Shown here: in pieces, positions 1 through 15,489 of the stretch
Position numbering within the stretch: the first letter of the stretch is position 1
Layout: each line of letters begins with the position of its first letter
Assembly (NCBI RefSeq): GCF_009914755.1
Contig: NC_060930.1
Source of the DNA: the human T2T-CHM13v2.0 reference genome, Homo sapiens
Strand: one strand, 5' to 3'
DNA: 64,000 bases
Translations under genes and position numbers: made by a program
The notes under the pieces: model-generated
What the model saw: only the letters and a program-made list of their open reading frames with translations
Told to the model about the DNA's origin: nothing
Databases searched by the model: none

Positions 1-953
1 GCTTTGAATCACAAAACTCAGACATTTGAGCTACAGCCTCTAAACAGTAGATAACAGTTGAAAATGTTTAGGTACCAGTGTGAGATCCTGAAAACCATTT
101 AAAGAGATTAACCTGGTAACCATATCGTCGATGGAAAAAAAAAAAGTGAGAGAGGAGAGATGCAAGGAGAGCCTAGAAGCACCTGTTTAGGTAGCTTACA
201 TATGAAATAAGAGCTTCAGCAAAGGTTCAAGAAGTGCAACCAAAACCAAGGGAAAGCGAGAGGTATGGTAAGAGAAATATGACTATCAATATAATGTTAT
301 AGTAGCATGTACTGTGCAGGTAAGTTCTCATTATTTATTTTTCTAGATTTGTCTAAATCTGGTCCAAGACACTCTATCCCCCGTTCGTTTGCCAACACCT
401 GTGAGAATTCCACAGTCAACTTGCTTACTAGGCCCCTCCCTTTCCCTCTCATGGATTAAATCAGCCATAGTCCAAATGCAAAGAGGGAAGGAGCTTCATT
501 TACTGTTGTTCCTTCACAAAGGAACCATTGCAGTCAAGTGCAGGGCTCCATGAGAGCTGGAGAGGGGTCCCCAGACCTCCATCCTCACGGTCCAGGATGG
601 GGAAGTCATAGCCAGATTTAGCAGTTCCCCTTTGTCAGTGCAATGCCTCATCCTCCATGTTTCCCCTTCTAGGATGATCTAGTTTGATTCAACTCTTCTT
701 GGCCCTTAACTTTCCTCAGGGAGGCAGGGGAGGCCAGAAGTCAAGAGAATAGATATGTAGCATTAGGCTTTCCCCATAAGAAAGGTTGAGCATGGTAGCC
801 ATGGAAGGATGTGTAGGTTGTTCACTGCTCAAGAGCATTGACTGTGGGGAAGAATGGGGCCGAAATGCAGCCCATACCCTGCTTGCCAAGCTGGGTACAA
901 AATCACTCCTGCCAACAAGAAAAGGAGGAAAAGGACCTTTTAAAAAAATTTGC

Positions 954-1682
<729 letters not shown>

Positions 1683-1888
1683 AAAAAATTTGCATAAAGG
1701 AGACTTATGGGCCAAGAGAGGTCCTGGTTGAAGGAAGGAAAACATTTTGCTTTGCAGGGAGGATGAGTCTTTAGTAGAAAACAAAACAACAACAACAACA
1801 AAACATCCCCCAAACCAGCAAAAATGCCCATTTTAGCAAATTGCCCTATTATGTGTGTAGCTTTTAAGTAGATTTTCATATATAAGAG

Positions 1889-2097
1889 AGACAAGGAAAG
1901 AGGCGAGCGGACAGCTGTGATGAAAGAGCCCAAGGAACCCCCCCAATAAGGCACCATCTCAGAGAAGGCACTTCTTTGGGGGTCACTCAGTGAGACCTGG
2001 GAAGGTGAGCGGAAGGGGCCTCTTCTGCTGATGGTGGCCTGGAGGAGAAGACCCTTTTCCACTGCACCGAGACGATCAGCGGGAAGAATGAGTGGGT

Positions 2098-2124
<27 letters not shown>
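1889..2124 (+). repeat. Donor copy of a ~235-bp local duplication (second copy 3726-3959)
   Basis: Colinear match by eye, roughly 80% identity, from AGACAAGGA to ATTATCTATTGCTGTATGA. Confidence 0.9.
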
Positions 2125-3110
<986 letters not shown>

Positions 3111-3676
3111 CTGAAGGAACATGAAGATAAATGTCTCTGAAGACAAGAAGGTGAGATAATTAAGAGACTTAGGTTTTGGATGGGTCACCTACACAAATGA
3201 AGTGACCCAGAATGCTGAGGGAACCAGGGTGGAGGTAAACTGGGAGGTGGGTGCTAAAACTTCTAGGGTGGGAGAGAGAGTGACACCAGGTGTTGAAATT
3301 ACATAAGGGACCATTTCTGGCAACACAGCAGACCAGATATCCTATAAAAGTCTTCCATTACAGAACACCTACAAATCAGGAGCTCAAAAACAGATATATT
3401 CTTTAAATGTCTAGCCAACATTTTGGAAAAGTATGGGAAATCCCTCAGGGCCAAAACCAGAGGGAGATGGACACCAGAGTGATAAGCAGACACTGAAGGC
3501 AAGGCCAACCTCAGGGCTTGGCTCAATATTCTAGAACTTTACCCTTGTTCTCAAGTCTCCGTGTGGACAGGGGATGAGGGTTACCTGGTTTCTGCTCCTT
3601 TGACTATGGCATAGACTCTGTAGATGTCTGTAATTGACCGGGAGGTATGTAGATGACTGTATCAAGTTATCCTCCT

Positions 3677-4220
3677 GACCGGGCGCAGTGGTTCATGCCT
3701 GTAATCCCAGCACTTTGGGAGGTCAAGACAAGGAAGGAGGTGAGCTGACAGATGTGCTGGAAGAGCACAAGGAACCCACCAGTCAGGCGTGATCTCGGAG
3801 AGGGCGCTTGTTTGGGGGTTACTCAGTGAGACCTGGGAAGGAGAGAAGGGACCGTTTCTGCAGACGGTGGCCTGGAGAAGAAGCTCTTTTTCCACTGAAA
3901 CAAGAGGAATGGCGGGAAGGATGAATGGATATGTGTATTAATTATCTATTGCTGTATGACAAATACGGATCACTCAAGTCCAGGAGTTTGAGACCAGGCT
4001 GGGCAACATGATGAAACCCTGTCTCTACCAAAAAATACGAACATTAGCTGGACATGGTGGTGGGTGCCTGTAATCCCAGCTAGTCAGGAGGGTGAGGCAG
4101 GAGGATCACCTGAGCCTGGGAAAGTCGAGGCTGCAGTGAGCCATGATCACGCCACTGCACTCCAGCCTGGGTGACAGAGTGAGAACCCTGTTCCCCTCCC
4201 CACCCCTCAAAAAGGAAAGA
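3677..4220 (+). mobile_element. AluJ-type element split by a ~240-bp non-Alu insert
   Basis: Alu 5' part 3677-3730, Alu resumes at GGATCAC (3967); TSD AAGTTATCCT at 3664-3673 and 4221-4230. Confidence 0.9.
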
Positions 4221-4299
4221 AAGTTATCCTGCCCTTGCCTAGACTTAGATGAACCCAGTCTATTTTTTGCAGTTATACATGGGGATGGCAAAAGGCAGA

Positions 4300-4745
4300 A
4301 TCCTGGGCATTGGCATGAAGGCCTTGGGTCTTAATGCCTAAGTGAGTCACATAAACCCTGGACAAAAGGCTGTACCGTCAATATGAGGAAAAGCTAGAAA
4401 AAAAGACCTATCACTCTCATAAAAATTCATAACCATAGTCCACACCCTCACATAGATTTGGCACTAGAATTTATACCACCTGTTTAGATCTGTAAATGCC
4501 AAGCCAAACTAATAATTGAAAGTGGTTCTAGTTGGAGAACTGTGGGGCACCCAGCACAATTCAGAGCAAATCGTTTTGGAAATAGAATCTCAGCCCAGGT
4601 TTCCTGCAATTCCCATACATTGCTCAACTAAACATGAGTTCAGAAGTCAAAATTACAAAATACCCTAGGAAACACGCCACTAGGAGAGTGAGTCAGAAGG
4701 AAAATAAGATAGTAGAAAAATTAGATTCTAAATTACCAGAGACAA
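4300..4745 (+). mobile_element. Probable ancient L1/HAL1 5'-region fragment
   Basis: ATGAGTTCAGAAGTCAAAATTACAAAATACCCTAGGAAAC..GAGAGTGAGTCAG resembles old L1M/HAL1 5' ends; weak recall match. Confidence 0.4.
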
Positions 4746-7359
4746 GCAGGATACCAGGAAGACAGGAAGCAGGTGATTTGACCCAGTGACAGGTACCTGG
4801 AAACAGTTTGGTTGTTTAGTTATGAAGCTTAAAAACTGTCATTCATTTTTATTTAGCAATTTTATTCCTGCAGCTTTTTTCCTGAGGAATGATCAGGTAT
4901 GGATTTATAATGATATTCAAATAGTGTCATTTATAACATTAAAAAAAAAACTTAGGAACAACCTTCATATCTAAGAAAAGGGAAATGAATAAACAAACGA
5001 TAGAAATTACAGGGTATTATTCATATTTGTAAACAGTTTTAATGACATGGGAATTTGTTTACAATATAATATTAAAGAATAAGAGCAAGATAAGAAAATG
5101 CTTTCTAAATGTGGCTGTATTTAGCTCTCCAAATTATTTAGCTAAACAAAACTATTTCATTCTTCTAACATTCTGTTTAAGTAGGTACGTGATGTATTTG
5201 GCAGCAGAAAAAGGGCATAAGAAAATTGATGGCTCTGCCAAGATCTTATTGAGGGATTCAGTTGTATTGAAAGAAAAAAGGCTACAGAGATTTTAGGTAT
5301 AAAAATATATAAATAATAGCTTTCACAAATAGAATTTAATTTCAAACTCTGAAGCACTTAAAACATGCAATCACCATTCACATACTTTAATTAGAAACAT
5401 CATAATGAGTCTTTCTATTTTGGATATGAAGACTTCTCAGAGAATTTAGAATTTAGTTAAATTTCTATTCTTGTCTTTGAATATAATGATGGGGCGACCA
5501 TTCTTGCCATAATAGCCAGGATTTGGTATCTGTGAATTCACCATGGCCACGGTAGTGATAAAGAGCATTCCTCCACAATCCATCCATTTCTGGGAATCCA
5601 GAAGATTGAGTCCCTTTTACTAAACCATGATTTAGTGAATGAAAGCACTTATACCATGTGAGAATGGGTTACAGAAACACATGCTAGCAGCAGTCCTCAG
5701 ATTGTTGCCCAGAACCGTCTACAATGACAATATGATCCCTTTCTCACTTTTATGATTGGTAAAAAATTGGTTTATCCTCTCTCAAAGTTTATCCTAAAGT
5801 TGCTGAGTGACACAATGATATTTTTGTACTTAATCACAAAAGCAGAGAGTCTGACAAGAATTTGAAAAAGGGTGTATAGAATACAAATACTGTTGAATGG
5901 TGCAGCAACAGAGCTGCACAACACCTTTGTCTTGCCTGGAAGGCAGTGTGTTAGTATGGAGAGAGCGAGGGCTAAAGTAGAGACTGTAGATATTATGTGC
6001 CTAATACTGTAATTTTCCCAGAACTGATAGCTTGATTTTGCCAGTTATACACCCAAAGACTTTGGACATTGGTGTGGAAATACATTTGCTCACTACATGC
6101 TAGATGCCAGACTATCATTTGTTGATTGGTTGATTCATTGTTTGGAAAATACCTGGACTACTATAATAGGTGCCAGGCATCATACCCAGAGAGGGACCTA
6201 GCATAACCAGAATTCATTCAAAGGAGGACTTCCAGAATTCTGAGAGGTCTAGAGTGCTGGGACGGTGTCTTATTTATCTCTACACTTTTTCTTCCTAGCA
6301 CTGTGTCTAGCACTCAGGATATTCATAATAAAAGTTTGATAAAACAATGGATTTACAAATGGTGGTTGAGGCTCTTTTACCCACTGGCAGGCTATCTTCC
6401 TGAAGTTGCCTATATCCCTGTCTGCCTGTTAGCTGTTAATACCTCCTAAGCCAGGATGTTCCACTACTGTGCTGTGCCAAACAGCTGTGACCCATCACCA
6501 CCTCCTGTGAGATACATTCTTTTTACCCTGCATCATGCTAAAGATGTTAACTCTTGACTAGAACCACTTCTTGGGGCTGTGGTTGTACTTTTGGAGGCCC
6601 GTCATGGACTGGGACCAGAAAACTGGAGACTTGAATATGAACAGAGATCAATGGACTAGAGACTTCATTTTGCGTCTCCGAGTGTTGGATGAGGCATCCT
6701 GAGTCCCTCCACTGTACAGACAGGATTGGGCTTAGCTACTCAGGGGGACTGAACTTTCAAGGGAAGATCAACTAGCCTCAGTTCTGGAGGAAAAAAGATA
6801 AAGAGTGGAACAAACAGCGCCTAATTCAAATAAGGCATCACATTCCCTATAGTCATGACATCAGAACAGGCTGCCTTTACTGATGGCATTCCCTGGAGAG
6901 CCTAAGGTACATTGTCATTCAGCCTAGAAGACCTCAGAAGGTCCAAACTCAAGCCTGATGTATAGGATTTGATGTAACTATTCAACAAATGTTGTTCAAG
7001 TTCTACTACTTGTTTGTAGGAAATGAGCAAATGTGTATTGTCTATCAGTGCAGTGACCTCTTCACACACAAAACTTGGCCCAGTGAGTGTCAGGCTCTGG
7101 GTAATCATTTTAGCCACTGCTATCATGAGGAGGGACAAGTATAGGGTTAGAAGGAGTGGCTGAGTTCGGGTCAGAAGTTTCCTTCTTTGGGACCCAAGTA
7201 ATGGGCAGGTAATAAAGATTAGGACTCGGGCACCAGGGAGGAGAAGAACATAAGGCTAGGAAGCAGGGGAGGGAGAGAAGAGTTTCCCTGATGCTGGCAT
7301 TCTCCTCTAAACCCCAAGACCCTGGCTGGTCCTACCCAGATTAAAAAAAAAAAAAAAAG

Positions 7360-7407
7360 CTATAGGCTTGGCTGTCATACCTTCTATAGGCTTGGCTGTC
7401 ATAACTT
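7360..7407. repeat. 24-bp tandem duplication
   Basis: CTATAGGCTTGGCTGTCATA(C/A)CTT x2, immediately after an A16 tract. Confidence 0.9.
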
Positions 7408-8792
7408 AAGTTGTTGGGGGACACATGACTATTTAAGCAGCAATTATGGAGTTGTTGATGGGCAGGACCAAGGCCTGGCAGTAGACCCGTACACCAAGGG
7501 GGACCAGTGGAAGAGTCTAGCAGGCTACAGGGACAGAGAGTGGGGTCTCAGTGGGGTAGAGACCGCATCTGCACCATGAGGCAGCAAGAATATGGAGGAA
7601 GGGAATTTGAGGTAGAGAAGGTGTTGGAAACCCAGCTAAGAAGTCACTGTCAGGAAGCAGGTCTGTCCATTGGAGCAAGATTCCAGCTACCAGGAAGAGG
7701 CTGGAAGCAGAATTCCAGTCTTCAGGGAAAGAATGACTTGGCCAGGGCCAAATCTCAGTTAAAATAGAAGCTGAGATTCCAGGCAGCACAAGAACAACAC
7801 ATTGGAACTAGGAAACCAGGTTTGCAGTTAACCTAGGGCTTCAGGAGTAAGGAACTGGATTCAGAAACAAGAGCTGCCAGTGCCGCATACCAAGCGGGAG
7901 GCCATACTGTGGCCCTGTAGCTCAGGGAACATACTGGAGTCTGATGGTGTCATCTTGGGAACACTGTGTTCTGAAAAAGACTAATTGGGACCAGAAAGCA
8001 AGCTCCATGAAGGCAGAGACCCTCCCTGCTTATCACCAGGCGTGGCACCTGATAGGTGCTCAAAAAATACCTGTGTGCGAATGAACTCTGTGAGCAATTT
8101 TGTCCCCCAGCTCCTCAAAATGATGTGGGAGAATAAGACTTCTTAGGTAATTTCTGTTTCAAATTAGATTTGGCTAGGGAATTAATGTAGCGCTGAATGT
8201 TTAAACGGGAAGTGGATGAGCCCAGCAGCAGGGGATTTTAAGCTGGGGCCGCTAGCACTTCATGGCAGGGACACATTATTTTTCTTCTTTGAAACAATCC
8301 ATAAACTTTGGAAACACATTATCATGTGCTTGGATGAGACCCTGGCCTTATGCATCATATTAAATGGAAGAGAAGTTTTTATCTTAGCAATTGAGATTTT
8401 TGTTATTGTTATTTTTTTTCTGGTGGTAATTAGCTAGGAAGTTCAGCTAATTACCACTCCTGGTCCACATCAACTGCATGAAGACAGACGATCATCTATT
8501 TGCCATCGTGGAAAGACATGATAATTATTCTAAATGTTAAATCAAATTACTTGGCTGCAAGTGTAGAAAAAGAGAGAGAGAAGGAGAGAGAGGGTTGTAA
8601 CTAATAGTCCTGCTGTACAGCATTTGACTGTTTATTTTATTTTTCTACGAAACCATCACACTTTACTTTTTGGCAATGAAAGATGATACCAACATTCAAG
8701 TAACATTTACAGAGTATCTATGTGAAATCATATAGATAAATCCACAAATTATTTTTGTCCATGGAATCAAAGGCTGATATGAGATAAATTAT

Positions 8793-9261
8793 TGATGCAG
8801 GGCAGGCAAGTCCTAAAGTGGAGCTTAGCCCACGAGGGTTCTTGGCTTTGCCCAGGAAAGAACTTAAAGGCAACCCCAAGGCAGAAGAGAACAGCGTTAT
8901 TGAAGAGGCAGTGTTTCAGCTCCGTGACTGCTGCTGCAGAGCAGGCTACCCAGTAGGCAAAGTGGCAGCCCAGGGCAGTTTTGCAGTCATATTTATACCC
9001 AGTTTTAATTGCACGAAGATTAAAAGGCGGTTTATGCAGAAATTTCTAGGGAAGAGATAAGAACTCCAGGGTCATTGGGTCACTGCCATGAAAAGGGGCG
9101 GTAACTCCCAGGTGTTGCCATGGTACTGGTAAACTGACATGGCACCCTGGTGGGAGTGTCTAATTGAAAACTGCTTCTGCCCTGCCCTATTTTAACTAGT
9201 CCTCAATCTGGTCCAGTGTTCGAGCCCCAGCCTTTGGAGTCGAGTCCCGCCTCCTACCTCA
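8793..9261 (-). mobile_element. Solo ERV1 LTR, MER66B-like
   Basis: Minus strand starts TGAGGTAGGAGGCGGGACTCGACTCC and ends CTGCCCTGCATCA (TG..CA); 4-bp TSD TTAT at 8789-8792 and 9262-9265. Confidence 0.85.
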
Positions 9262-9409
9262 TTATGTTGTCCAAAGTTTTATATTAATAAAGACAATCTG
9301 ATGTTGTTTCTAACTTACCTCTCAGTAACATGAAATGGTTTGTGGCAGTGAACTATAATGGAATAATTGTGTCGAAAGCCTGTTAGCTCCTCATATAAGA
9401 TTAGATTAA

Positions 9410-9922
<513 letters not shown>

Positions 9923-10092
9923 TTAAGTCCAGAGTTTGTTGAGAAAAAAGGTGAGATACTTTTTTGTGGTCATATTCAAAAAATGAATGAGATATTTAAA
10001 GGTAAGAGTTTTCTATTTTGAAATTGAGACTCACTACTCTTTCATCCATCCCATGGGAACTCTACCTGAAGGGTTATTGAAAGTAAAATATT

Positions 10093-10451
<359 letters not shown>

Positions 10452-11383
10452 TTACTGGCAGTGAAAGATCTTCTAAAGCCTTTTTATACTTAAGATCATT
10501 GATCTTATACAAGTAGATAGAATTACAGGATCCCAATTTAAAAGGGTTCTGGCATTGACAAATATGGAAAGATTTTCCCTAGCTATAAGGTGGTACTTAG
10601 TAACTCCAATATGTTGTCAATAGAAATACAAGTGTCTACGAGTACTAAACATTATGATGTTGGAGAAACAAACCTCATTGGCCTGGTCATTCAATAATCT
10701 TCAAATTTTTGAGAACATTTTATTTTTAGAAAATGGAACCCTTTTTTCCCCAAATTTTACGGAAGCCCAACTGATCAAAGTAGAGCCGCTTTGATGAAAA
10801 GATCTGAGCATTCTCAAAGCGTATGAGTGGCTCTCCAGAGTAACCTCTGAGACACCACCAGAGTGTCACTAGGGTCTTGCAGAGCAGAGTTTGAAAACCA
10901 GATGTCCCAAATGTCAGTCCTCAGAGTAAGGCTTTCTCAGAATCTACCCAAAGAAAGCAGGAAGAATGTAATAAAGATAAATGTAAGAGTTCATGAAATA
11001 GAAAACAAATATATGAGGATCAACGAAACTAAAAGTCAGTTCTATGAAAAGACTGATGAAAATGACACACCTGGGAATATCCATGAGAGAGAAGAAAGCA
11101 CAAAAAACAGTATTAGAAATAAAAAGGAACAAGCCTGTAGAAGTTGCAGAAATTAAAAGGTAGCAAGAAGATATTATAAACAATTTGATATCTATGAATT
11201 TGAAAACAGATGAAATGTATATGTTCCTAAAAAATGTAGCTTACTGAAACTGGCTTATGACAAAATAAAAAATTAAAAAGACCTATAACTATTAGCTAAT
11301 TTGAATCAATGATCAAAATGCTTCATAAGACTCTGAAGATTTTATGAGTTCAATTCAACCTTCAAGGAACAAATCACTCTCAT

Positions 11384-12171
11384 CGTATGAGTTTGCTAGA
11401 GCTGCCACAACAAAATGCCACAGATTGGGTGGCTTAAATAACAGAAATTTATTTTCTCACAGCTCTGGAGGCTGGAAGTCCAAGATCAAGGTGTTAGCAG
11501 GTATGGTCTCTTCCTAGGTATCTCTCCTTGGCTTGCAGATGGCTGCTGACATGGTTTCGATTTGTGTCCCACCCAAATCTCATGTCCAGTTGTAATCTCC
11601 AGTGTTGGAGGAGGGGTCTGGTGGGAGGTGATTGGATCATGGGGGTGGATTTCCCCCTTGCTGTTGTCATGATAGTGAATGACTTCTCACGATATCTGGT
11701 TGTTTAAAAGTGTGGGGCACCTCACCCTTTGCTCTCTTCCTCCTGCTCCAGCCATGTAAGACGTGCCTGCTTCCTCTTTGCCTTTTGCCATGATTCCAAG
11801 TTTCCTGAGGCCTCCCCAGTCATGCTTCCTGTACAGCCTGTGGAACCATGAGCCAAGGAAACCTTTTTTCTTTATTAATTACTCAGTCTCAGGTAGTTCT
11901 TGCAATGCGAGAACAGACTGATACAACTGCCGTCTTGTATCCTCAGGTGGTCTTTTCTCTGTGTGTTCACTTCCGGTGTCTCTGTGTCCAAATTTCCTCT
12001 TCTTATACAAACACCAGCCAGATTGAAGTGGGGCTCACTCTAACAGCTTCATTTTAATACCATCATCTCTTTTAAAGGCCCTATCTCCAAATACAGTCAC
12101 ATTTCAAGGTCCTGGAAGCCAGGGCTTCAACATATAAATTTAGGGGAGGGGACACAATTCAGTCCATTGCA
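11384..12171 (-). mobile_element. MLT1A/B-type MaLR LTR
   Basis: GTATGAGTTTGCTAGAGCTGCC..GGAGGCTGGAAGTCCAAGATCAAGG..GGGGACACAATTCAGTCC. Confidence 0.8.
11547..11925 (+). mobile_element. MSTA-type MaLR LTR nested in MLT1
   Basis: TGACATGGTTT..CCCAAATCTCATG..GACTGATACA; near 5-bp TSD GCTGC/ACTGC. Confidence 0.85.
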
Positions 12172-14862
12172 CTAATCTTATGCAAACTATTTCATATTAC
12201 AGAAGATGACGATACACATCCCAGCTCATTCTAGAACCAGGCAAGGATAATAGGAGAAGGGAAAATGGCAGACTAGTCTCAATTATCAAAGTAGATGGCA
12301 AATTCCTAAACAAAACGTAACCTAACCCAGCAATGTGTCTAAAAATATAATGATCATGCCCAGGTTGAATTTATTACAGAATATTATAGTCACGAAAACT
12401 CTGTGCTCAGCAATTAAAACTCATGGTAGCAGAGTTTAAAATTCGTTAGTTTACTGGTTCTTAGTGATAAAAGAAAATTTTACTTACTTAAAAATAAATT
12501 TGATTTACATAAGAGTGGAATTTTAGGTAGCCTTATGTTCATTAAAATCTGTCTTTTTATAAAATGGATTTTTAGTTTGGTATTTTCCCCGTATTTGGTC
12601 TTCCAGTCAGTAAAACTTTTCATGTGCTGCAGATGACTTTTAGGAACTCACCACCATGAAGATGGAGGACCCACATTCATAAAAACATCACAGTGTTTCA
12701 TGCAAGGCCTAATGAGCTTCTGGAATTGTTCAGAGGAGAATGCCAGTCTGTGACTTCAAATGTGCTTTTGCAGAAAATGTCTGTCAGCCTGTGGTTGCTT
12801 AAGTCTGTTATTTTAAGACACTCATCAAGAGGAACATAGCATTTCACCTCCTCCATGCTGTTTACATGACTTAATGTAAGATCAGTGTTAGAAAGCTAAT
12901 TACAGCATCCTAGATTGAACAGTAATTAGGCATTTGCAATCACAAGTGGGTGCTATTGAAAAAGAGAAAGGAAGAAAACACCAAACGAACACCATTCAGT
13001 GCAATTTTTAGGTTTAAATATCACTCCAGGAGTTCAATGGCTTTCTTTCTATCTCTCTATGTACAGGAACACGCTGTCTTAGATGTTATATCTGAAGATC
13101 TAAGAAAGAAAAAGCCTTATGTCTTAATAGCTGAATTTCTGTGCTAAGGAAGTTCAGGCCTCTAGACCCTTCCCTTGAAGGGTCTATTATGATACCTTCC
13201 TGTGGATGGTTAATTTTGCCCTGTTGTGTGGCCTCAGCCCATTCCCTATCCCAATGACAATCTTGCCAGCACATGCTGCGTGTCACTAGATGGACTGGCC
13301 GAGACCAAAAATGAAGCAGAACAAATCCATACCCACTACCATGAAAACTCGACGTGTATATCCTACCAACAGTCGGCCAAGTAGAATTGTACTTGTATAA
13401 AAATACAGCATTTCTTATGATAATTTTATGTAAGTATTTGAGACAATATTTTGAAATATTAACAGGTTTTTTTTCTGTAATTCTTTGTGCCTTGTGATGC
13501 TTCCTTTTGCCCCATCAGCCAAGACATTCCACGTTCATTTGCTTGGGAATACGTGACAGAGCTGAAGGCAGAGAACAATGAAGTCAGCTCCTGACTTTTG
13601 AATTTCAAAAGTGTAGGCCAGGCATAAGATAAAAGGTGGGAAGAATTCTTTAGAGATAAGCATGGAGGTGGGCCATTCCAGGGTACATTTAGGACACTCT
13701 GGAATGACCCTGCATCAAGCATGTTGAGAAAGAAAGAGAAACTTCCTGTTTTTTTCTAGGTGTTCCAGGTAGGTGGCCAAGGAGAGTGTCATCAAGTTCC
13801 CTGTTCCACAGCTTGTTACAGGAGCAGAGAAAGAGCATATGAGACCAGGAGGGACTAAGGTGGTCCTTTCCCAGCCAGGGGTTATGTGTTTCCAAGAGCA
13901 GCATGAACACAGCCCAGAGAGGCCGCAGACCTGAGGCTGCTGTGAGTTCAGGAAGGAGGCATGACACAACAGTGACCTCCATGAACCTCTTGCCTAGGGC
14001 TGTGAAGGCCAAATGGAATTGAGGACATCTCAGAGAATTCCAGTGGCGATAGATGACGATCCCAATGCTGCACTGACATGTGGGCATAAGGGGCCTCCCT
14101 GCTCTGGGCGCCACCTTGGCCTCCTCCAATTATCCATCTCTCCCAGGGTAGGGAATGTGGAGCCACCTGGAACCCAGACATCCTTTCCTATGCCATGTTT
14201 TGGTTACTTTGGGCCCTAGAATTCCTGGCTCAAACAGGGAATTTGTCCACTTCCAGGTTTTCCTGGGCCACTTCCCTAGATCTATTTTTAGGAGATTGAA
14301 GGCAGATTGTACTTCTGGTCTTCCTAGACCCGAGGGTTAGCCTGGGCATGGCTGTTTGTGGGTTGTGTTGACAGAAGTGCATTTGTGGATATGAGAGGTG
14401 CATGCAGACTCTGACACAATGGGACAGACCTGGTGGTGCTCTGAGGAGTGGGTGCTTCAGGCCAGGAGCCAACTCTCTCAGTGCCACCATGTTCCAGATC
14501 ATTATGAAGGTGTATTGGTTAAGGTTGGAGGATAGAACATATGGTAACTAATAGTTCGTTAGCTTGATTTACAGCTTTTAAATATTTAGGCATATGGGAT
14601 GGGGGCTTCCATTTGTGTACTTGCCCCAGTCCCTACAAATGTAATGGGCAGGCTTGGATAACACCAATGGTAAGATGAACCATCCTCTCCATCCAGATCC
14701 CCTGCATGTTTACTATTGTTTAGTAAGTTTTCTAGAGCTTTACCCAATTTCAGGAAAAGGTAAGCCTAAGAAGAGGTAGGGAACCCCAATTAACTGAGAT
14801 TTTTCCATCCAAAGCCTTGGATGGAAATCCTAATTCCAAGATGTCCCAGTCACACTAGGACT

Positions 14863-14881
14863 TGTACTCCAGGGGGCGCTA
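14863..14881 (+). promoter_or_regulatory. Candidate CTCF site
   Basis: TGTACTCCAGGGGGCGCTA, 16/19 to the consensus TGGCCACCAGGGGGCGCTA; CpG retained in CpG-poor context. Confidence 0.55.
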
Positions 14882-15132
14882 TTCACATCGACTAATACTC
14901 TATAGGGGCCATTCCCTTGATTTGGTCACTCATCCTCTTTCCGGTCGTTTGTTTATGCTCTTTCCATTAACCTAGTAATGTCCTTCCCTCTGTCTGTCCA
15001 TCTCATCGATAAAGCCATGCGTATATGAAGCATAAATGAATTTCCTACTTAGACTTGGGTTCCATCCCCAGTTCATTCCATATTCATTGTCTACATTACA
15101 CAAATTAGCTATTGTTAAGAATCCCAACCTTG

Positions 15133-15435
15133 GGCTGGGCACGGTGGCTCAAGCCTGTAATCCCAGCACTTTGGGAGGCCAAGGCGAGCAGATTACTTGA
15201 GCCTAGGAGTTTGAGACCCAGGCTGCAAAATGGCGAAACCCTGTCTCTACAAAAAATAAAAAAAAATAGCCGGACATGGTGACACACATCCCAGCTACTT
15301 GTGAGGGTGAGGTGGGAGGATCGCTTGAGCCTGGGAAGTCGATACTATTGTAAGCTGAGATCATGCCACTGCACCTGCACTCCGGCCTGGGTGACAGAGC
15401 AAGACCCTGCCTCAAAAAAAAAAAAAAAAAAAAAA
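15133..15435 (+). mobile_element. AluJ
   Basis: Dimeric Alu with J diagnostics (GGAGGATCGCTTGAGCC), A tail. Confidence 0.93.
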
Positions 15436-15489
15436 GGAACCCCCATGAGATTATCTATTTGAGAGGAAAAATTCCATTTCACATCTAAA

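Larger units (their letters stand above)
10940..12390 (+). mobile_element. Old L1M ORF2 fragment interrupted by MLT1/MST
   Basis: ORF 10863-11156 segment KESRKNVIKINVRVHEIENK..INETKSQFYEK resembles L1 ORF2p KASRRQEITKIRAEL..INESRSWFFEK; homology resumes at ~12172. Confidence 0.75.

Noticed and set aside
317-325. Perfect donor CAG|GTAAGT
   Set aside because: No supportable acceptor or exon; expected by chance in 64 kb
3435-3444. kappaB motif GGGAAATCCC, plus scattered AP-1 TGAGTCA sites elsewhere
   Set aside because: Isolated short motifs at about chance frequency, some inside old repeats
7140-7960. Possible ancient LTR-like purine-rich segment (similar doubts at 13780-14540, 24660-25070, 59600-60000)
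   Set aside because: Could not assign termini or a family from sequence alone; needs a Dfam search
10863-11156. 97-aa K/E/N-rich ORF
   Set aside because: Decayed L1 ORF2 fragment
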